From Planctomycetota bacterium (GTDB lineage Bacteria > Planctomycetota > UBA1135 > GCA-002686595), in the NCBI GenBank assembly GCA_016795325.1, contig JAEUHY010000043.1, forward strand, positions 30,174-94,173: a stretch of DNA of 64,000 bases, read 5' to 3'. Numbering within the stretch: the stretch's first letter is position 1; the number at the start of each line of letters is the position of its first letter. Positions 30,001 through 36,267 of the stretch are shown here, in pieces. The position numbers and the translations under genes were made by a program. The notes below the pieces were generated by a model that saw only the letters and a program-made list of their open reading frames with translations, did no database searches and was not told the origin of the DNA.

Positions 30001-30537
30001 CCACGCAAACAAACCACCGCCGAGCGCGCGGCGCAGGCGTTGCAGCCCGCGGTGAATTTGCATGCGCACCGTGCCCGGTGCGCGTCCTGTGAGCAGCGCG
30101 ATGCGCTCTGCCCCGAACTCACCGTGGAGGTAGGGTGCGAGCACCTGGGAATAGTGCGGCGGGAGCTCGCGCACTGCCGCGGCGACACGCTCCAACAACT
30201 CCGCACGCTCGGCGGCGGCGTCCGGCGAGTCGCCGTCGACGAGGGTCGGCAGCTCACTCGTCCTGCCGCGCTTGCGCCGCAAGTTGCGAGCGTGCAGGAC
30301 AAGGATGCCGACCATCCACGGCAGCGGGCTGCGTCCGCGTTCGTGCGTTGCGGTCTTTTCGATCGCTGTCAGAAAACTCGCCTGCACGAGGTCTTCGGCG
30401 TCCTCGCGCGAGTTGCCCAGGCGCCGCGCGACCCGCAACAACTCGGGAGCGCAGGCGTCGAACGCTCGCCCCAGCGCGTCGGTGTCCCCGCGAGATCGAA
30501 AGCGCTCGAACAGTGCTGCGAGATCGTGTTGCTGCAT
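27064..30537 (-). CDS. ECF sigma-70 factor fused to a TM helix and a ~900-aa ectodomain of carboxypeptidase-regulatory-like beta-sandwich repeats (1157 aa)
   Basis: ATG at 30537. Region 2 is DAEDLVQASFLTAIEK...PWMVGIL. Region 4 is LPPHYSQVL...ERIALLTGRAPGTVRMQIHRGLQRLRRAL. The TM is MAGPIALVAAFAALLAGAAWIAV. Repeated modules follow, e.g. GRLVDAQGAPLAKLDVRL, GRVVDDAGAPLASVRVRV, GRVVDADGAPISGVEVCV. It is one uninterrupted frame. Confidence 0.75.
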   Translation of the reverse strand: MQQHDLAALFERFRSRGDTDALGRAFDACAPELLRVARRLGNSREDAEDLVQASFLTAIEKTATHERGRSPLPWMVGILVLHARNLRRKRGRTSELPTLVDGDSPDAAAERAELLERVAAAVRELPPHYSQVLAPYLHGEFGAERIALLTGRAPGTVRMQIHRGLQRLRRALGGGLFAWTIEPLRLRRLRADTLARACRARGLPTPAAPLMAGPIALVAAFAALLAGAAWIAVESASSSVTDTATAPATLEMSEPLAEVNYAATAALATARAEAVSSGGDAGVEALRGVRGRLVDAQGAPLAKLDVRLLAFDLDLSAPKLPDERDAPPNVERSRDTTGPDGRFVLPGGRRGELLLLAIDSGGPRGHARGVEGSPASDGELDLGDVPLAKRAELVGRVVDDAGAPLASVRVRVALPGRLGAVSLVEAAVASRLEDRWSVVAPAPWLRTSLEELPTPTVLSDESGAFRIAAPKGEVQLQFTAHGFAPRDLREQAAVGATRELGDVVLARGRSLVGRVVDADGAPISGVEVCVGVCAPAASFAQLRSAGLSSLDGTFKCDGLATAGVVVVAARRSAKMAWTCAEFATLQALELRLPRERELRVVVRSSTGEPLDDVEVELNATTQNGAALSALAEQALQTRRGNSPIVFDALAPGSYLATARRRGFASVRAPVEVRDESAEFAISLDAAVEYDVRIVQAADARPIAGARVTLRSDSRRVVARALSGADGVAQLALPAGLAAHDLRCDVWHHEFAPLYNVPVEYGARSQEFTLDEGGSVRVQVLERGAPAKRPWIANVAVGDLGVWSLSARTKADGVATIDRLAAGRWLLDLHEPLASDAGIETWLASVEGDATPQRMVSVGIDPGERTELTIEVDPSFPPANSGRARLHGRVTLAAGAHEGLALSLAGRGASAQRFREVRLDAEGGFDFGWIEPGSYSAQLRFLRLRDEDSNFTPWIRRIELAAGEARRLEIALQRCVIEVRVLDVAGKPVANVPCELRDSEQRQVGFGTLETDSEGRVTVAVYQAGAFSASAEHATHGYCAGECVVSKGASLVTCELRLDRGVVCAGTVGVPDELLVGVPAEDRVVNLHVRGVDETVGRVRSIAARVDAEGRARFEVVGLKPGRYRVALDCKTRATPVELELGAEGNTQLRLDFEAEKP

Positions 30538-30644
30538 GCCTGTAGTCGTCGCCGGACACGCAGAGTGCAACACGAAACGCAGCGATTTGCGCTCGCGGGG
30601 CGTTCGGTACGGCGCAGCATCTTCGCGAGCGCCGCTAGACTCTC

Positions 30645-32015
30645 GTGGTGTTCCGCTGGATTGGCCTTTTGGCACTGCTGGCCGCGCTCGTGTGGATCTT
30701 CACGCGTTCGGACGACCGCGGCGCCGCCACGGCGCACGCGGACTCGCCTTCGACTCCGATCCCGCGCCCAGCGCAGGTCGCGGAGCTCGTCGAGTCGGAG
30801 AGCGAGCAACGCAGAGCCGTCGACGTCACGCAGACGCCCGACACAGCAACGTCCGCTGCCGACGACCGTGAGATTCCAATTGAACTCGCAACGCTCACTG
30901 TGCGCGTTCTCATGCCGGATGGAACACCGTGGACCGACGCCCGGGTCCAAGTGACGGCGGGCCCGCTGTCGCTGTCCGGCGTGCGCTTCGACCTGGGGCC
31001 ACGCAGCGACGGGCGTTGGCGCTACAACCGAGTGCTCTCGGACGCGCTGGTCAGCTACGCGATCGTCGATGTGGACGAGCACGGTTGCGCGCGTCTGCAG
31101 CGCGTCACGCCTGGCGTGGCGTTGGAGGTGCGCGCGCGCGATGTGCTCGAGACCGTCGGCGCGCGAGCCGAGCGAGTGGTGCTCGAAACGGGCGAGCAGC
31201 GCACGCTCGAGCTCAAACTCGATTCGTTTCCACGCGAGCTGCACGGCCGCTGCAGCGATGAGCGCGGCGTCGGCGTCGCTGGCGCTGAAGTGAGCATCGG
31301 CGTCGCACTCGAGTTCACGGACGAGTTGGCCACGGCGCTGCGAGCGCGTTCCGACGACGCCGGCGAGTTCACGACGCCGTCCCTGCTGGCAGCTCGGCTG
31401 GCCTTGCACGCCACGCACGCCGGGCGCAGCGCGAACACGATCTTCGACACCTCATCGCGCGTGGGAGGCGTCAAGTTGCTCCTCGAGACCCCGCGGAGCC
31501 TGCGCGTCGAGTTGCAGGGCAGCAATGGCGATCCGCAGCGCGACGTGCGCGTGAGTGTGCACGAAACGACGGGCGAGGAGCTGTTCGACACGCCCCGGAC
31601 ACCTGGCGAGTACGGGATCCTGTTCACCGATCTGCCGCGGCGACCGCTCGAGTTGCGCTGGGGCTCGCGCTGCGCTCCGCAGTCGCAAGTGGTCGCGGAG
31701 CACGTCGACCGAGTCCTCGTGATCGCGCCGCGCAACGGAGAATTGCAGCTTTCCGTCGGCGCGCTGCCGGGCGACGAGCGCACGCGGTACGCCGTGCAGA
31801 TCCACTGCGCCGACGCGGATCGCGCGGCCGCGCCGCCTTGTTCCTTTTTCAACGACGGCCGCTTCGAAGGCTCCTGGACGCTCGCTCCGGGCCACTACGC
31901 ACTCAAGCTCGTGCGCTTGCCGAGCGCCGCCGCGGAGCAGGTGCTTGTGTGGGGCGAGCCGCTGCGCGTGGAACTTCGCGCTGGCGAAACAACCCGCGCG
32001 CGGCTCGGGCAGTAA
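30645..32015 (+). CDS. N-terminally membrane-anchored protein with beta-sandwich (CarboxypepD_reg-like) repeats (456 aa)
   Basis: GTG start. The TM is WIGLLALLAALVWIF, followed by an acidic/Pro linker and modules such as LTVRVLMPDGTPWTDARVQV. It is divergent from the sigma-fusion gene, with a 107-nt gap. Confidence 0.7.
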   Translation: MVFRWIGLLALLAALVWIFTRSDDRGAATAHADSPSTPIPRPAQVAELVESESEQRRAVDVTQTPDTATSAADDREIPIELATLTVRVLMPDGTPWTDARVQVTAGPLSLSGVRFDLGPRSDGRWRYNRVLSDALVSYAIVDVDEHGCARLQRVTPGVALEVRARDVLETVGARAERVVLETGEQRTLELKLDSFPRELHGRCSDERGVGVAGAEVSIGVALEFTDELATALRARSDDAGEFTTPSLLAARLALHATHAGRSANTIFDTSSRVGGVKLLLETPRSLRVELQGSNGDPQRDVRVSVHETTGEELFDTPRTPGEYGILFTDLPRRPLELRWGSRCAPQSQVVAEHVDRVLVIAPRNGELQLSVGALPGDERTRYAVQIHCADADRAAAPPCSFFNDGRFEGSWTLAPGHYALKLVRLPSAAAEQVLVWGEPLRVELRAGETTRARLGQ

Positions 32016-32130
32016 CGCCGCGAGCGAATCCGCGGCCCAATCTCGCGAAAAACGCAACAGCCGTGCGGCGCTCTGCGGTTAGCCTGCAGGCCATGGAACG
32101 AACGCTCAACGCACGGCGGCGTCGGCCCTG

Positions 32131-33222
32131 ATGGCCGCCGGGTGTGAGTACCGTCGGCGCAGGTTGGCGCTCGCGCGCACCTACGGCGCGAGCAGCAACG
32201 CGATTGGACTGCTCCAGTCGGCGACCACCCTTGTGCCGCTCGCCGCGTTGTGGGCCGCGGCGGTCTGGGGACTCACGCACAACGTGTACGTCATCCTCGC
32301 GGCGGCGCTCGGCATCACGCTGATCCTGGTGCGTGTGTTCGCGATGATGCACGAGTGCGGGCACAACGCGCTCTTCGCCAGTCGCACTCTCAATCGCGCC
32401 TTCGGCTTCGTGTACGGCGTGCTCTCCGGAATGCCGCAGTACGTGTGGTCGGTGCACCACGAGTTCCACCACCGCAACAACGGCAACTGGGAGCGCTACC
32501 GCGGTCCGCTCTCGACGCTCTCGACCCACGAATACGCCGCGCTCAGCGAAACGCAGCGCGCGACTTATCGCCGCATGAGGCACATCGCCGCGGCGCCTCT
32601 GGGCGGGTTCCTCTATTTGATCTTCAACCCGCGAGTCAACTGGCTCAAGGGCAGTGCGGCGCTGCTCGGGCATCTGCTTCGGGGCCGCGACCTCGCAAGT
32701 TTCCAGACGCGATATTGGAAGTGCTGGCGCGAGTATCGGCACATGAGCGCGAACAACATCGTGCTGATCAGTGGGTGGGTGGCCGCCAGCTACTACCTCG
32801 GAGCGGGCCCCTTCTTCGCGCTGTACTTGCCGACACTTTCGCTCGCTGGCGCAGGGGGAATCATCCTCTTCACGGTCCAGCACAATTTCGAGCACTCCTA
32901 CGCCGCGCCGACAGCCACTTGGGATTACGACAAGGGCGCGGTCTTCGGAACGAGCTTCCTCGTTCTGCCGGGATGGTTGAACTGGGTCACGGCCAACATT
33001 GGCTACCACCATGTGCACCACCTCTCGTCGGCGATCCCCAACTACGCCCTGGTGAAGTGCCACGAAGAGAACGTCGAGCTGTTCGCCGACGTTCCGCGCC
33101 TGCGCTTGAGCCAAGTGCCAGCGTCTTTGCGCTGCATCCTGTGGGACCCCGAAGCGGAGCGCATCATCTCGTTCGACGAGTACGAGAGCAGCGTGGCTTC
33201 GCGGCAGCCGCAGACCGCCTGA
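32131..33222 (+). CDS. Membrane fatty-acid desaturase
   Basis: Three histidine boxes (HECGHNALF, HHEFHHRNNG, HHVHHL) with intervening TM segments. Confidence 0.9.
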   Translation: MAAGCEYRRRRLALARTYGASSNAIGLLQSATTLVPLAALWAAAVWGLTHNVYVILAAALGITLILVRVFAMMHECGHNALFASRTLNRAFGFVYGVLSGMPQYVWSVHHEFHHRNNGNWERYRGPLSTLSTHEYAALSETQRATYRRMRHIAAAPLGGFLYLIFNPRVNWLKGSAALLGHLLRGRDLASFQTRYWKCWREYRHMSANNIVLISGWVAASYYLGAGPFFALYLPTLSLAGAGGIILFTVQHNFEHSYAAPTATWDYDKGAVFGTSFLVLPGWLNWVTANIGYHHVHHLSSAIPNYALVKCHEENVELFADVPRLRLSQVPASLRCILWDPEAERIISFDEYESSVASRQPQTA

Positions 33223-33313
33223 GAACGTGTGGGCGCGCGTCGCAGCTGCGAGCTGTGACTGCGTCCGAAGTTTCGACTAGCCGGGCGCCTCGAGCGCCAG
33301 CTCGAGCTTCACG

Positions 33314-35563
33314 ATGCGCGTTCAAGCCGTTCTCGCCGTTTCGATCTGTGCAGCGCTGCTCGTTTGGCTGGCTCTGTCGCGTTTTGAGCACGAGCAGTAC
33401 GCCAGGCCCGCGTCTGTCGCTTCGATGCGGGCGAACGCGACGAGCTCGGCCGTCGGCGACGCTGCTGACGAGCTGCAGTCAAGCACGCCGCAGCGCACGG
33501 CCGCCCCCGCAGCCGTCGAAGCGTCGTCGATCGAGGACGAACTCGAGCCGGCCTTCACCCGCACCGTGCGCGTCGAAGTTGTCGACCGCCATGGACGCCC
33601 TGCGTCCAACGTCGTGGTGTCACTCTTCGAACCGGATCGCGGAGAGTGGAGCGACCACGACTCAACAACCAGCGACGCCACGGGCGTCGCGACGTTGACG
33701 ATCGAATCCGACGAGCCGTTCGAGACGGACGGACTGTGGCGCATTGCGACGCCCGTCGTCGGATGCGAGCCAGAGTTCCTCGAGCTGTCGCTCGCAAGTC
33801 CCTCGCACCCCGCACTGCGGCTGACCATCGCCGAGAGTGCAACGCTCGAAGTTCAAACGAGAACGCTGGCCGGCGCTGCGATCGAACTGCCGAGCGACAT
33901 CGCCCTCCAACTCGTCTCCAAGCGTGGTCAACCGTTCGGCATCGCGCACGGGTGGTGGCTGGTCGGACGAGCGCGCCGCGGATTCGCTCGCTTCGAGCAC
34001 ATCGGCTTGGGGCTCGAGTTCAGAGTCACCGCACGTTCTGACTTCGCAGACTTCACCGCGTGCACTGTCGAGAGCCCGCGAACGCCAGAAACCAAGCTTG
34101 CGGTCGCGCTCCAGGCCGAGCGGCTGTTCACTCGCGTTCGCGCCCGGCTGCAGACAGCCTCGGACAGGCCGCTCGCAGATCAGTACGTCCACGTGCGCGC
34201 GTCCTGCGCCGACTGGCGTGAACACTCGGCGGCGCGGGGGCTCACCAACCGGGCGGTCGTCAAGAGCGACGGCGAGCTCGAGTTCTTCGTGGAACACAGC
34301 CTCTTGGGGATGGGCCCGTGGATCGAGTTCGTGGTGAACACGAACCGATGTGCGCGCCTAGCGGGGCGGACTGCACTGGGGCCACCGGCCCTCGAAGACG
34401 GCCCGCTCGAACGCAACGTCTTCGATGTCGGCGACGTCGTCCTGTACGAAGCCCCCTACTTCGCGTGTGGCCGGGTGATCGACGACGACGGCCGTAGTAT
34501 CGCGCACGCAGCGGTCCTGCTGATCGATCTCGACGCGCAAGGACTCGAGCGCGTGTGCGCACGCACAACGGCCGGCGAAGAGGGCGCATTCGAGCTTGAC
34601 CCCTCGTGCGAGGCCGACGAGCACGAGATCCGCGCGAGCCACGGCGATGGCGAGCCAAGCACATCGCAGAAGGTGCGACGTGGCGCCGCCGCCCTCGTAC
34701 TGATCCTGCCGGCAAGGCCTCAGTACGGCTACCTGCGGGGCGAGCTGCTCGTTGCAGAAGGCGTGAACTGCGAGTTCCTGGAGCTGACGAGCGAACTGCT
34801 CCCATCTGAGTCGGCGCCTTCCGAGGGAATTTGGCTGGAGCCCACCGGGAAGTTCGAGACGAGCCTCCGCGCTCCCGGCGACTACACCCTCTCGGTGAGC
34901 TTCCTTGGAACGACGCTAGTGCGAGGCGCGCCGTTCACGGTCGTGCAGGGCGCAACCACCGAGCTCGAGCCGATCGACTTGCGCGATCAACTCCACGCCT
35001 TTGCCGTGACGATCACGAACGCCGCTGGCGAAGCGCTGCCCGATGCGTTGGTTCAGATCGTCGAGCCCGACGGCAGCGGCGGCCAAGAAGCCGAGTCCGA
35101 CGCGAAAGGCCTGGCGATCCTGACCACCGTTCAGCGCCGCCACGATCTCGTCGTGCTGGCAGCGGGCTACCGCACGCAACTCGTGAGGGACACCGTCTCT
35201 GGCGCGCGGATCGCGCTCGTCGACGGCCTCTCCGCTCGCCTGCGTCCTCCCGAACTCGGACCCGACGCGACCGGCTTCGCGCTGAGCGTCACGCTCTGGC
35301 GCGACACGCGCGAGGACGAGTTGCGGGAGGCCCCCGTCCGTCTCACCAGCGTAGACGCTTCGCCGATCGACGTCCGCTTCTCCGCGGCGGGGCACTACCG
35401 CGTGGCCAAGGCGAGCTGGCGCGAAGTCTCCACGGGCATCGAAACGCCGATCGAATGGCCGCCGGAGCTGATTCTCGACGTGCCTGAACACGGCGGCGAG
35501 CTCGCGTTCGTGTGGCCGGTGGACACGTTGCGACAAGCTCTGCCGCGTGCCAGACCGAAGTGA
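33314..35563 (+). CDS. N-terminally membrane-anchored protein with beta-sandwich repeats (749 aa); paralog-like to 30645..32015
   Basis: The TM is AVLAVSICAALLVWLAL, followed by a Ser/Ala/Glu linker and modules such as VRVEVVDRHGRPASNVVVSL, GRVIDDDGRSIAHAAVLL, VTITNAAGEALPDALVQI. Confidence 0.7.
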   Translation: MRVQAVLAVSICAALLVWLALSRFEHEQYARPASVASMRANATSSAVGDAADELQSSTPQRTAAPAAVEASSIEDELEPAFTRTVRVEVVDRHGRPASNVVVSLFEPDRGEWSDHDSTTSDATGVATLTIESDEPFETDGLWRIATPVVGCEPEFLELSLASPSHPALRLTIAESATLEVQTRTLAGAAIELPSDIALQLVSKRGQPFGIAHGWWLVGRARRGFARFEHIGLGLEFRVTARSDFADFTACTVESPRTPETKLAVALQAERLFTRVRARLQTASDRPLADQYVHVRASCADWREHSAARGLTNRAVVKSDGELEFFVEHSLLGMGPWIEFVVNTNRCARLAGRTALGPPALEDGPLERNVFDVGDVVLYEAPYFACGRVIDDDGRSIAHAAVLLIDLDAQGLERVCARTTAGEEGAFELDPSCEADEHEIRASHGDGEPSTSQKVRRGAAALVLILPARPQYGYLRGELLVAEGVNCEFLELTSELLPSESAPSEGIWLEPTGKFETSLRAPGDYTLSVSFLGTTLVRGAPFTVVQGATTELEPIDLRDQLHAFAVTITNAAGEALPDALVQIVEPDGSGGQEAESDAKGLAILTTVQRRHDLVVLAAGYRTQLVRDTVSGARIALVDGLSARLRPPELGPDATGFALSVTLWRDTREDELREAPVRLTSVDASPIDVRFSAAGHYRVAKASWREVSTGIETPIEWPPELILDVPEHGGELAFVWPVDTLRQALPRARPK

Positions 35564-35654
35564 ACCGGCGGGCGCGCGCGACTGCACTGCGCGCGCAGCG
35601 CGGCGTTATCTTGGCCCGCGCAAGCATGGGCGAGGCGAAGCGAGCGAGCGTGCG

Positions 35655-36263
35655 ATGAGCGACGAGCTCGAACGTAGGGTGGAAGCAGCGTCGCGCGGCG
35701 AGGTCGGCGCGCTCGAGCAGTTGCTCGAGGCGTTCTTGCCGGACCTGCGCAAGTACCTCGCGCGCCACGCCGGTCCGCTGGTCAGCGCGAAGGAATCGAG
35801 CTCGGATCTCGCGCAATCGGTCTGCCGCGAGGTCCTCGAACGCTTGGGCAGCGAGCGGCTGCAGTACCGCGGCGAGGCCGAGTTCAAGCAGTGGCTCTAC
35901 AACGCCGCGCTGTTCAAGATCCGCGCGCGCCAGCGCTTCTACCTCGCGGCGATGCGCGACGCCGGCCGCGACGAACGCGGGGCCGCGAGCCAGGACAGTC
36001 GCGGCAGCGTTGCGCCCGACTGGAGCGATCCCGCGAGTGCGACGCCAAGCCGCGCGGCAGAGCAACACGAGGACATCGAGCGCATGCGCGCCGCGCTCGC
36101 CAAGCTGCCGCCCAAACACCGTGAGGTGATCGTGCTGGCCTACGTCGACGGCCTCTCGCACAAGCAGATCGCTGAACGGCTCGAACTGAGCGAAGCCAAT
36201 TCGCGCGTGCTGCTTTCGCGCGCGCTCGCGCGGCTCGCAACGCTCGGCGTGAAGAGCGAGTGA
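35655..36263 (+). CDS. ECF-type RNA polymerase sigma factor
   Basis: ATG at 35655. Region 2 is SSDLAQSVCREVL...FKQWLYNAAL. Region 4 is LPPKHREVIVLAYVDGLSHKQIAERLELSEANSRVLLSRALARL. A Ser/Asp/Arg-rich ~45-aa linker lies between them. Confidence 0.85.
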   Translation: MSDELERRVEAASRGEVGALEQLLEAFLPDLRKYLARHAGPLVSAKESSSDLAQSVCREVLERLGSERLQYRGEAEFKQWLYNAALFKIRARQRFYLAAMRDAGRDERGAASQDSRGSVAPDWSDPASATPSRAAEQHEDIERMRAALAKLPPKHREVIVLAYVDGLSHKQIAERLELSEANSRVLLSRALARLATLGVKSE

Positions 36264-36267
36264 GGCC

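Noticed and set aside
30538-30675. 46-codon N-terminal extension of the sigma-fusion ORF (MPKGQSSGTPRESSG...)
   Set aside because: Sigma region 2 begins right after the internal ATG at 30537. The extension would shrink the divergent intergenic region to nothing and overlap the 30645 gene start.
27850-30954. 1034-aa plus-strand ORF opposite the sigma-fusion gene
   Set aside because: Shadow ORF (R/A/G/E-rich) with no domain signatures. It would also overlap the start of the well-formed 30645 gene out of frame.
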